From: Camelus dromedarius
Taxonomy: Eukaryota
Assembly: GCF_036321535.1 (NCBI RefSeq)
Contig: NC_087436.1
Span: forward strand, 76,076,001-76,140,000
Length of the DNA: 64,000 nt
Direction of reading: 5' to 3'
The position numbers were made by a program, and so were the translations under genes. Within the stretch, counting starts at the first letter, position 1. Each line of letters starts with the position of its first letter. Of this stretch, positions 50,701-62,811 are shown one piece after another. The notes beneath the pieces are model-generated. The model made no database searches. It was given only the letters and a program-made list of their open reading frames with translations, and was not told the DNA's origin.

Positions 50701-52150
50701 TTGAAGTACTATTATTTAGAGTTTACACATTAAATATTGCTCTTTTTTCTTAGCTAATTGACACTTGTCACTTGGAAAAGTCTATTTTATTTTCTGTTAT
50801 ATCCTTCTCCTGAAGTGTACTTTTCCTGATTCTGCTATAGCTGCTTCAGTTTTCTTTTAGTGTGTGCATGTTTTTTGTTCTTCCATTCTTTTACTTTTAA
50901 TCTGTGTCTTTATATTGTAAGTTCACTTTTTGGTGAATAGTCTATGATTCAGTCATGATTTTTTGTTCAGTTTGAAAAATCTTTGCTTTTTTACTGGAAA
51001 TTTTAGACAGTTTATATGTAGCATGATTATTAACATGGTTGAGGTTAGTTTTACCATTATCCTATTTGTTTTCTTTTTGTCTTTGTATTCTCTTTTCCTC
51101 TTTCTTCTTTTTCTGTTTCCATTTGAATTTGTTTAATTGAATATTTTGTAGTGTTTGTTTTTAGATACATTTTTGTATTAGCAACCTATGTTTTATTTCA
51201 CTTAGTTTGTGCATTATTTACCTTATAATCTATTTTCAAAAATATTATATCATTTTATGCATACTGTAATAATTTTGGAGCTATATACTTCCATTTCATG
51301 CTTCAATCCATTGTTACATTGTTGTGATAATTTTTCCCATATTACATACCTCAAAATACTATTACTATTATTTTAAAATATTTTCTTATTTCTTAAAGAA
51401 ACCTCAAAAATGACTAAAATATTTGTTAGATTTACCACATATTTATGATATTGGCATGCATAGATTTCTTGTGTATGTTGAACTTGCCATGTGTTTTTAT
51501 CTTTCTTTAGCCTGAAGAATTACTTTAACATTTCTTTAATGGAAGTCTGATACAAAAAATTATCTGAGGTTTGTTTTTCCCTAAAATATACTACTTTTGC
51601 CTTTTAAAAAATGTTATTTACTTATTTATTTACTTATTTATTTAATTGAAGTATATTTGATGTACACTATTATATAAGTTACAGGCGTATAACATAGTGA
51701 TTCACAATTTTTAAAGGTTATACTCCATTGATAACTATTATAAAATATTGGCTATATTCCCTGTGTTGTACAATATATCCTCATAGCTTTATTTTTTATC
51801 CTCTTTTTTGAAGATGCTATTCCCAGATATAGAATTCTAATTTTACTATTTTTTTCTTTCAGAACTTTAAAAATGTCATTGAATTGTCTTTTGGCTTACC
51901 TTGTTTTTGACATTTGAAGTTATTCTTATCTTTGTTCCCCTGTTTTATGTAATGTGTCCTTTTTCACTGGCTATATTTATAATTGTCTCTTAGTTTTCAG
52001 CAATTTAATTGTGATATGCCTTGATGTTTTATTTGTGTTTATTCTGCTTGTGTTTAATTTAATCTCTTAGAATGGAAGATTTATAATTTTCATCAAATTT
52101 TGAATAATTTTGACCATTATTTCTTCAAATATTTTATCCACTCTATCCTG
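44765..52150 (-). mobile_element. Nested block of old L1M elements (3'UTR, degraded ORF2/ORF1 and 5'UTR pieces)
   Basis: Continuous T-rich L1 antisense motifs ('gagtagcattccaccatatggatatacca', 'cacttgaaaagaatgcatattctgc', 'tttggtatcaaggtaatgct', 'attatttcttcaaatatt'); no intact ORFs. Confidence 0.9.
51615..51800 (-). mobile_element. Younger cetartiodactyl-type L1 3' end nested in old L1
   Basis: (TTTA)n-like tail then 'ttgaagtatatttgatgtacactattatataagttacaggcgtataacatagtgattcacaa..ttggctatattccctgtgttgtacaatatatcc'. Confidence 0.85.
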
Positions 52151-52329
52151 ACGGTTGCTAGATTAGTCCCAAAGAAATATGTATGATACATTGTGATACA
52201 TTACTTACTGTGAGAAATAATAATAGCAAGACAACTCCAATTTTAACATTGCTTTATAATTTTACTAATGGCTTTTACCTACATTTAGTATATTATTTAA
52301 ACAATTATGAAATTAGTCTATTTACTTTA

Positions 52330-52880
52330 TTATCTCATAATGTAATTGAAGGTGATAGACACAAAGACAATATCTATAATATGTATAATATGTTGTGATA
52401 AGTAATTGCAGTGGAGGCTTGCATTCTTCACTACAGGAAATCAAAAAAAAAAGAAAAGAAACAAAAAAAGAACTATCTGCCCTTTATCGGGATGGCTAGT
52501 GAGACAAAGATGATGACATTTCAGCTGGGTATTAAAGAGTAACTATAACCATACCAGCTAGAGACAAAGGGGAAATAAATATGTCCTATAGAGAAAAGAG
52601 CATTTGAAAATGAGGGGAGGATTAAACAAACTTTGTTCTTTGAATAACAATGAGCCATGTGTTGTGGCAGAAGCTGCAGTGAAAGGGCTTGTGAGGAAGA
52701 GGTGTTAAACAGATAGGTTTAGATTTAGGCTTCAGATTGTGAAGATCCTTAGTGCTATGTTAACAGGTTTAGATTTTGAAATAGAGGTAGTATATTGTGC
52801 TTCCTTTCTATGGTGATTTCTAAAGATATCAAGGGAATGGTGATTTGATCAAAGCTAATGTATGAATGGCATTTCTAGCA
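52330..52880 (-). mobile_element. Degraded L2
   Basis: 'gatgacatttcagctgggtattaaag', 'cagattgtgaagatccttagtgctatgttaacaggtttagattt'. Confidence 0.6.
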
Positions 52881-55800
52881 ACTTTGATGCTGAAATAGTC
52901 ATAGGAGTTTTTTGCTACCAACTTTCCAAATCTGTCTCAATATTTATACAAACAAATAACTATACAGTAAGCTGTTAGTTGCACACTTTTACAGTCCTCT
53001 AGGTGAGAAACTGTGACAGATAAACTAGAAAACTGCCTTCATCTTACTCAAATGGGACGGAACTCTTTCCTGGTTTTTTGAATTTGGAATGTTGGAAATG
53101 CTGGTGACTTTTTTTAGTTCAGTGATTTAATTGACTAAGCTAGAGAGGAAATATCTAAAACTGACGTGGAGACTTGCCAGAAGATTAGCTAGGGAAATAT
53201 TAGATTTCCCAAATTTAGTCTCTATCCCTTTAAAACAGATAATTTAGAGGAGAATAAAAAAATCTTGAAAATTAATGGCAATTTTGAAATAGAATATTTT
53301 GTCAAAATCAAATTCATTTCATTAAATGCTTGAGAAGAATGCAATGAGTAAATGAGGTATGAATAACTGTAAGATGGGACAATTACCACCTCAGAAACAA
53401 TATATTTGTAAAGTTAATTCCTCTTGAACATGAACAATCCCCTTACACTTGACCCCTTTCTATTGCCTCTTCCATGCTTGAACTCTCCTTGAACTTTGAA
53501 GATCCATCTTGAGAGTATGATACGGCCATCTCTTTTGCATCTGGTTATTTTAGCTCCAATTTGCAGCCCTAAAATGGCAATTATGGTGATATATTGCTCA
53601 AGTCACCCGACATGGATTAGTATCGGGATCAGCACATTTATGCACAGGAGTAGTGAATGGAGACTGCAGCTATGATTTTAAATGACTTGATTAATTCTGA
53701 AACAACATTTCAGAGTCCATTAGGTCCAGCAGGTGTTGGGGTGCAGACTGCCTTTTCCCTAAGCAGCATATTCGATTAAAGTGCCAAAGTATTTTGGATT
53801 CAGATACTATTTTTCCCAGAACAGTTTCCTTTCATTCTGTTAAATCCCCTTAGCACTCACCACTCCTGAAAGAGATCCTCTTCCTGTTCTCCCTCTGCCC
53901 AAGTTCTCTTGTGTCAGTTACTGACCTGCCAGCCCTGTTTGAACAACTTGAACAATGTGTTCTGTTCTTGTTCAAGAGGGCATTTACATGACTGAACTGT
54001 TGCTAAAAGCCCCTGCTGACTTAGGTCAAAATAAGGCCAATTGTGCTGTTTATCCTAAGGGCCATTTCATCAGCAACTCATGTCAAGGTTAGAAATGTGT
54101 CTGGTTAATGCTTTGGTTCAATGCTTTCTTTTACTACAAAATATACATGTACATGGCATTATGCATCTCCCTTCTGCCCTCCATCCCATCTGGATGTCAC
54201 TGCTTTAATAAAAACATGTAGGGCTGGGTTTTTCATTTCAGTTCTTTGAGGTTTCAAATTCCTAGATTCTTTGTTGATTTTTGTGGATTCTAAGGTATTT
54301 TTCTTTGAAAAATTCTGGCAATGGGCCTTTCATGCTCCATTACCTCCAGTTCTTTTGTTTACAACATAAAGAACATTTCAATGGGTCTGTGGTACAACAG
54401 TTGTAGAATAATCTCAAAACGTGGCACAATGACTTGTTCTGTCATCTGTTCTCCTAGCACAATGTACCTGTCTCTGTTATAGCATACATTGTCATGAGTT
54501 CTAACTGTTTGTGTATTACTGCATTTGTCCTCCTTAGGAGTTACATCTTATTCTTCTCTTTTTGCCTCAATTGCATATTTATCCATCCATTGATCCATCC
54601 ATCTATCCATTCATTCTTCAATCCTAACACATTTAGAGCCTTCCATCATTATTATTATTGTTTTCATTGTTGTTGTTATTTGCTAAACCATGTGCTGGAT
54701 ACTTAATAAATATTTTTAATTACATTGAATTAATATGCTCTTGGCAGCCAAACAAAGAACAAATCATACAGTTTTAATCACTTACAATTAATGCTGCCCT
54801 TATTAGTATGTACAATAATGAGAATATAATAAATATACAAAAATTGTGTAGGAATAGGAGGCAGGACACTTGATACTAGTATCAGCTTGCTACTGGTAGA
54901 GAAAATTTAAGAAGTCACATAATCTCTGTGAATTTTTTCAGTGTTAAAATATAGATAAACTACTTGCCTTTCTCAATTCATGGTGCTGTTGAAAGGGTTG
55001 AATAAAAGAATACGAGTGAAAATATTTTGAAAACCATCCCAAAATACTATTTGATATGATGGTTAAGTATATGGTTATGTTTCAGATGTGGTGTGCCTGG
55101 GAATAATGTCTCCCATACCGAGAGAAATAATGTTCATTATAAGGCTAGCATAAATAAACTGATGAGATTATTCTGCTGTCCACAGCCACAAATTATAAAT
55201 TTTTCTATATATTTAATGTACTGGCCAATAAGAATTTCCTTCACAAGAAATGGATACCAAGTGTAGCAATAACAGTTCAAATTTTTCTGTTTTATTAAAA
55301 GGAACACAGTATAAAAATAGAATACAGATTATTTTAATGTTGAAAACTTGGAGGCTGATTTACCTATTAATTTTTTGTATTGGTCTTAAAATCATTATAA
55401 TTTCAAAGGATAGCCTATAATTATAATTCTTTAATGCACGAGGTTAAAATTTGAGATTTTTTCTATTCTGTTCATCCCTTTCTTCTTGCAGATTTTGAAA
55501 CAACTGAGAGATGGGACATGGGATTCAGACACATAGAAATCCTTCTTATTCGTAATAGCTGAATTAGTGAATATTACTTTAGATTTATGGCCAGAGAGGG
55601 CTTGCTAATATATCATCTGATTTTAACCTTTCTCTTCTCAGAACTATATGCTCCCCTTGCAAAGGTAGGTCTAGAGCTGCTAAGCTATCACATGGGAGAA
55701 GAGGCCCAGAAGCTTGCATCCTGCAGTCAAATAGGCTCTGAAAGAGATGGACGCAGAAGATGCTGAGCCAAATGGACTCAATTACTTCTCCCAAATTTAT

Positions 55801-56579
55801 CAATTAGATCAATCACTCTTCCCATAGAGGAGTGAGTTGAAGGAGAGCTTGAATACTTCTTCCATGGTTTGCTCCCTGGGGAATAGAGTGAAAATGTCCT
55901 CTTCTAGATGGAAACAAGAGAAGTAGTAAGTGTCTTCCATACATCATTACTATCTGTTACCCACTGATCGAATTCCACCGCAGCAGAAATTCAGGCTATG
56001 CCAGTAGGGACTGTCAACATCTACTGGACTTTCCAAGAAAGGGAAGAAAGCTTCTGCCCCTTTATACCTTTTCTGCCATCCCTAAAACATTGCCCTATCT
56101 TTGCTTTTTAAAAATCTAGCCAAGAGTTTGGTTTTCTTGTTTAAAAACAAAACAAGTCATTTCCTTAACATATAGTAGTCCTTAATATATAATAATCTAT
56201 CTTTCACTTCAGGAAGTTGGACTTGTTAGTTGCCAAGATTTCTTTCTGTTGAAAATATTTAGTAAGTCAATAATACAGTGTTTATGTAGGGAAATCATGA
56301 AGTTGCTCAAAAGCTGATTTTACTCTCTTCAGTCAGGCTTTTTTCCTTCTTTCATTCTGGAAAACTAAAGTTGTTGGTTTTGAATGGTAGATGATCAGGT
56401 ACTTAAAATTTCTTAGTAGATGTCAATAGTAAATTGGTCAATTACTGTTGAAATGAATGAAAAGTACCAAAAGATTATTTTTGTGCATGATATTTTACAA
56501 ATGTCATCATTTCAGCATTGTTTTACTTTTTTAGGCAATACTTTCTTAGGCGGGAAAAATAAAGAATAATTGAATTTCA

Positions 56580-57010
56580 CATACCTTGGCTGAATACCTA
56601 TTGTGTGCAAGGCATTGTGCTAAATGCTACGGAAAATACAAAAAGACTAAAATGTGAATGGCTCCTACCTACCATTATGAACAATTCCATCTATAAGCAT
56701 TTATAATCTAGTAGAAATATACTGAAATAAATCCCAGTAGGCCAAAGACCTAATAATACAGGGTTCAAAACAAAACAGAACAAACTGTAAACTGCCTGGA
56801 TTAAAAATAATGGAAAAGAAACTCTAATGCTAAAGACGTATTCCAGCTGGTGGGAGGTGTATCAGAACAGATTGAATCACAGAAGCCACAAGAGGATTAT
56901 ACAGCTGGACCAAAGCACAAGGCCCTAAGTGGGAGCTTTGAATTGCTCAGTCTTTCAGTTTGAATAGATGATATCGGGCAGAAGCTTTTCAGGCCTTGGA
57001 AGACTGTGGG
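56580..57010 (-). mobile_element. Degraded L2 3' region
   Basis: 'tgaatacctattgtgtgcaaggcattgtgctaaatgct..ttataatctagtag'. Confidence 0.55.
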
Positions 57011-57419
57011 AGGAAAGAGGAAGATAAATATCTTATCCCTGAGCTTTAAAATTAGAACAATGGGCTACTCTTACTGAAACTGAATTGAGAAGATCAAACT
57101 TTTCCAAACAGCCAAGAAAATATGTAACTTATACCTTGACATCTTAATGCCATAGAGTGTTCACAGATGAAATCACTTTATAGAATAGTACTCTGTCATT
57201 TCTTGACTTTTCTTCAAGTTTCTTTAAACAAGGTTAATTAAAGTTCATGAAATTAAAGTTCACATCATATTACTAGTTAAGAGACACATATGTAAGCCCT
57301 ACTGAAAATACCAATCAGGACTCGAGTCTGCCTTGAAGATGACAGAGGAGTAAATAAAGGCATGTTAAGCTTTTTATTTGTTTACTCACTTCACAAACTT
57401 TCTTAGCTCCCAACTCATC

Positions 57420-57800
57420 ATAGAGTTACAGAATTCTTAAAGTCTGAAGTATTTAAAAAAATCATCTAAGAATAATCTCTCACCCATTTCAGTAACACCT
57501 TCTCCTGAAGCATCTCTCATAGATGGTCATCGGGTGTACATCACCTCCTGAGCAAGCCACAGTTTGGGAGTTTTAGTGATTCAAAGTTCTTTTTTTAGGT
57601 TGAGACAAAATCTCCTACTTGACAACTTTCACCCATTTAATCCCATTTCTGACCTTTAGATAAACACAGGGTAAATCTACATCCCCCATCTGTAAATGAC
57701 CTTCAAATGTTTGAATGTAACTCTAATCTCTTCCCTTAGTATTTCCTTTGAGCCAGTCATATTTGGGTCTTTCAGTTATTCTTTGTGTGACTTCTTTTTC
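57420..57800 (-). mobile_element. L3/CR1 LINE fragment
   Basis: 'agatggtcatc..aaagttctttt..gttgagacaaaatct..caactttcacccatt..ccttcaaatgtttgaa' resembles CR1/L3 antisense 3' region. Confidence 0.65.
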
Positions 57801-58284
57801 AGGAGGGCATTTTGGGAATAATATTTCTCCATGCTTTTTATTTCATTACCATTTAAATTACCACATCCATCCCTTCTCCCCTTTGTTTTAGACCTTTCCC
57901 ACATTTTCTTTCCCATACAAAATTATTGCAGGGTGACTTGGAGACATAAATAAGTCCTGGGCTTTGCATGAGCAGATATTCATACAGTTCTAATAGTCTG
58001 AAAGGGACTCAAAGGGGAAAGCTGTTTGCTTGCAAAGAGGGCTGCTCTGCAGACCACTGCTGTGTGCAAGTTGCTCACCAGTCAACTTTTGACTGGGCAA
58101 GAAAACCTGGAGTCCATTTGCTTAGCATTTAGTAGTGAATTACCATGAAACAACTAATCTTACTATGTTCTACATGGCCATATACATATACCTCAGACCA
58201 CAGACAGATTTTTGTTCTCAATCGTTTGAAAATATTTGTTCCTGCTTTGACTCATAAAAAGTAGACATAAGGTCTGAGGTATAC

Positions 58285-58782
58285 TCATTTTGCCCACCCA
58301 ATACCCCCCCAACCTTTGGCAACCATTAATCTGTTCTCTGTATCTTTCTTGTGTGTGTGTAGGATTTCATATATAAATGAGATCATATGATATTTGTCTT
58401 TCTTTGTCTGACTTATTTCATTTAGCATAATGTCCTCAAGGTCCATCCATGTTGTTGCAAATGGTAAGATTTCATTCTTTTTAATGGCTGAATAATATAC
58501 CATTGTATATAGATACTACGTTTTCTTTATTCATTCATCATTTGATATACACTTAGATTGCTTCTGCATCTTCACTATTGTAAATAATGCTGCAGTGAAC
58601 ATGGGGGTGCATATAACTTTTTGAGTTAATGTTCTTGTTTTCTTTGGAAAAATACCCAGAAGTGGAACTGCCAGATTGTATGGTTACTCTATTTTTAATT
58701 TTTAAAGGAATCTCCATACTCTTTTTCATAGTGGCTGTACCAATTTACATTCCCACCAACAGTGCACAAGGGTTCCCTTGTT
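58285..58782 (-). mobile_element. L1 (L1MA/MB-like) fragment encoding the ORF2 C-terminus
   Basis: ORF 58285-58503 translates to YYSAIKKNEILPFATTWMDLEDIMLNEISQTKKDKYHMIS, the typical L1 ORF2p C-terminal motif. Confidence 0.95.
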
Positions 58783-61324
58783 TACATGTTTCTCGAATTG
58801 GTATTGCCTAAGAGTTGAAGTGCAGGTATCAACTATTATCCAGAAATAGCCATTTTGTTGATTTTGAAGGAACCTAAACTTTGACTGTGGTTGTTTTCGC
58901 ATTCAAAACTGCATTTCCCTGTGAGTTTTAAATCATAGCAGGTTATTCAGGCAGAAAGAAAAAAATAAACTATGTCCTGAAAGCCTAGCTTTAAGTTAAG
59001 GAGAAGAATATGAAAAAAGGTGACTGGGTATTCTGAACAGGTAGGGAGACTAACATATGCGTTAGGGTGATGCAGGATTGATGACAAAGGTGTATGGCGG
59101 ACTGTGAATTCACGTGAGGAACATGAGGAAGAAGGTGTTGCACAGGTGACTGTGTCTTAGATGGCCATCCCTTATTAGAAGTTTTGTAGTTGACACTTCT
59201 CCCAAACAACAGTGACTTGTTAACATGTTTGGCCTGAGAAAATGGGTAGCCAAAACTTTACACCCTTCCAGAGACCAGAAAGTAGACAGACTTCATCTTA
59301 CCTCTATGTACCACAGAGGGACCCTCTTTTCAAGTCCACACTGCACTCCTCTGGAGCCTCCCCCACCATTCTTCCCCCACCTCCAAACCTTTGAAACACT
59401 AGCCTAACTCTAGTTGTGTCTGTAATGAATGAAGAGGAGTGGCAACATCCCATTCCCAGTCACAGACCTGAAAATTCCATTGAAATATTTCCTCTGAAGC
59501 AGAATGTGACCTCAGGTACACAGCATCCTTTGTTCACATTTCTCACTCTGCTCCCCACTAATGTGGTGGATTTTATCACTAGAAGCTTAAGATGTACAAA
59601 AGAGAGCACAGGGATATACAAATCTTTGTTTTATTAACACTGTAAATTCCATTTTCTCAGAATGGCCAATTTTTCCCTGCCTAGCAGCAAAAAGACAGTT
59701 AAAGGGACTTTTGGTGACATTCCCTTTGTTTAATGAAGCTTGGAGTTATGGGCAAGTGCCTTGAACTGCCGTTATTATCTGCATGACTGAATAAGGGCTG
59801 AGGGTCCAGATCTGTGCAAAGAGTTTTATTGCAAATAGGCACATTGATCATTCATAATCAGACCTACCAGGTCAGCAGAGCTGAGACTCCAGCAAGCCCT
59901 GAAAAAGCTGACCAAGGGAGCACTGGTGCTCATAGGTTAATGTAATATTCAAGCACAATGAGATCTTTCCTTTTTTATATGCTTGTCTCTTGGCGTTCTT
60001 CTGACAAAGTGGGAATGAGAACCCAAACTCATTTGAACTATGTCCCAGATAACCAATCACCAAGTCATCTTCTGTTCATCTGAGGGCTCTGCAAGTTTCC
60101 AGAGCCTGGCTTCTTGCAGAGTGTGTTCCTTCACTGTAGAGGTTTGTGCTGCGGATTGCCCATTACCATACTATTTAGGGTATTATGGAGCTGCTTCATG
60201 TAAATACATTGCCTTCTGATTTCCAATATTTACTCACATAAGCGATCACTTTCAGGAGGGAGCATTTCAAAGAGATCACTTTTGAAGATTTAGAGTGAAT
60301 GTCAAATCATGTGTTTGTTTCTTTGGCTAGTAAGCCGGTAAAATATATTACTTTTGAACATGTGAATATCCTATTTAAAAATTCAGCTTTAGGTAAGTTA
60401 TTGTACTTGTGAAAATGTGATGAGCATATTAGTGTCATGATCAGTCAGAGGAATTTATCTAACAGCAGTGTCTTTGTGTATTGGATTGCCAACCCAACAA
60501 CACAGGGGCGACTGAAAAGGTGAGTGCCTTCTCCCAGGTTACAAATTTGGAAGAAACAGAAGCACATGCATTTCAGATTTTATGCCTCCCATTTCTGCTC
60601 AAAAGAGTAGCAAAGCTAAGGAGGTATTTATCACTAAAAGGCACAAAAAGTAGTGGCAGGGATTTAAAATTTGAGCTGAGTATGAAGTTAAAGAGGAGGA
60701 TTTTGAGATTTTCAGATTAATAACACATTATCAAACTTAATTTGATGTCCTGTGTTCCTACAGAAAAATGATGCCACTAGCCCATTGTGGATTGGATATG
60801 CTTTGTGAATTATTTTTATATTAATGATGAATTTGCAATGATATATCCATACATGATCCCTCAATTGACCTTGTGACCAATGACAAGCATGTATCAGGTA
60901 GCGGCTGGCAAAGGGGTAAGGTTTCCTGAGCCATCTGAAGATGAACTCATGAGTTTGTTAGTATAATTTCCTAATGGGCTATGCTAATTGAATTCAGAAT
61001 GGACTAAAGGGTTAAGAAGGAAAGTGTGATAGATTTGATAATCACTTTTTCAGAGACTTGATTCAGGCAATTATTGAAATTCAACTCAGGCCATGATTCT
61101 TCTATTATATATGAAGAAACAAGGAAAAATTTTTAATCTAAAACAACCAAATAGACACATTTATATATGAAAGTATTTTTAGATTTTTCCCCTATATTAT
61201 CAAATAAACTCAAGATCATCTGAAAATAGTAGTCCAACAAACTTTATCATTGGTTTGTGTTTAGTCAAATACTTAGTTGATATTTAGGTTGTAGTCATTT
61301 GATTTAAGCCATTAATTGGAGGAA

Positions 61325-61505
61325 GTTGAATCATAGAATTTTAGAAATAAAAAGGACTATATGGTTTAATCACTCACTTTATAACTAAGTAAGCTTGAGG
61401 TTCAGGAAAAGTTCATGATTATCGTGAGGCATTAAACTGGAGACTCAGAGATTTAAGCCTCAGGAGTCCTAATTTCTAGTTCAGTGTTCTTTACCTTACA
61501 CTCTC
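61325..61505 (-). mobile_element. MIR SINE
   Basis: 'atcatagaattttagaa..cttgaggttcagg..ttaagcctcaggagtcctaatttctagttcagtgttcttt'. Confidence 0.6.
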
Positions 61506-61704
61506 TAATAATTTATATTCTTTAGTTTTGCACACATGAGTATTCATTTCTGGTGTCAAAAAAAAAAAAACTGAAGAATACAATCATTCTGGTAATCACA
61601 GTAATTTTGTGATTAGGGGCCCCTACTGTATTTTCTATGTCTTGTCATTTATTTGGCTAGTAAGCTTTTACAATATATTTTTCAATATATTCAGTATATA
61701 CTGT

Positions 61705-62528
61705 GTCCTTTTAAAACTGTTTTATTTGGAAATTATTTCACACTCATAGAAAAGCTGCAAGAAAAGCAAAATAAACTCCCATGTATCCTTTCCCCAACTT
61801 CCACAAATATAAACATTTTATCATATTTCCCTATTTCTCTGTTATATGTCATTATTATTTATTTCTGAACTATTTGAAATTGCTCCTGATATAGCCCCTT
61901 AACATTTCAGTGTATATTTCCTAAAGACAAGGGCATTTCCACATGTGACCACAGTATAATCTTCAAAAATCAGGAAATTAGCTTTAATATAATTCTACCG
62001 TCTAATCCACAGACCCGATTCAAATTTCACCTTTTGTTCCAATTAGATCCTTTAGAGATTCAAGATCCAATTGAGAATCATGTATTGTAGTTAGTTTTCA
62101 TGTCTCTTAAGTCTCCTCCAGTCCTGAACAGTTCCTTAGTCTTTCATTGTCTTTTATGAACTTGACGTGTTTGAAAAGTATGGGCCAGTTACTTTGTAGA
62201 ATGCCCCATCCCCCATTTAGGTTAGTTTGAGATTTGTTTATGATTAAATTTATTAAACAGGTTATGAGTATTAAGAAGGAATACAACAGAAATGATGTGT
62301 ATTTTTTCAGCATCTAACACCAAGAAGTATACTCTGCTAAGATTTTCCATTACTGGTGATGCCCATTTTTGAGTACTTGATTAAAGTGTTCTCTGCCAAG
62401 CTTTTCCACTGTAAAAATATTTTGTACTTATTAAAAAGTAAGTAATTAGTGAGTATTTGTAATGAAAATCTGGCTTTCATCAACCACAATATACGTATTT
62501 ATTTGCTTAATCCCTTTATGTGTACCAG
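61705..62528 (-). mobile_element. L1MC-like 3' end
   Basis: 'ttttatttggaaattatttcacactcatagaaaagctgcaa..tcagtgtatatttcctaaagacaagggcatt..ggccagttactttgtagaatg'. Confidence 0.85.
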
Positions 62529-62811
62529 TATCAGAGACACGTAAGCCATCTCCTTGCCCCTGACACCATGGGCCCCAACCAAATGTGATTTCTTCTTAGT
62601 CCTGGTCCCAGAGAATATACTAGTCAAAGTCCCTGAACATGCCAGGAGAATCCCCAGCTGGAATGTCTTGCCCCCGACAACCCCCTCCCCCGCAATTCCC
62701 ATCAACTTTTGCAAAATTCTGGTGGAGTCCATGGCCAAGTCTTCTCACGTCTTGACCCTGGCTCAATGCAGTGTGTATACCAGATGAATTCTTGTCCAAA
62801 AAACTCATCCT

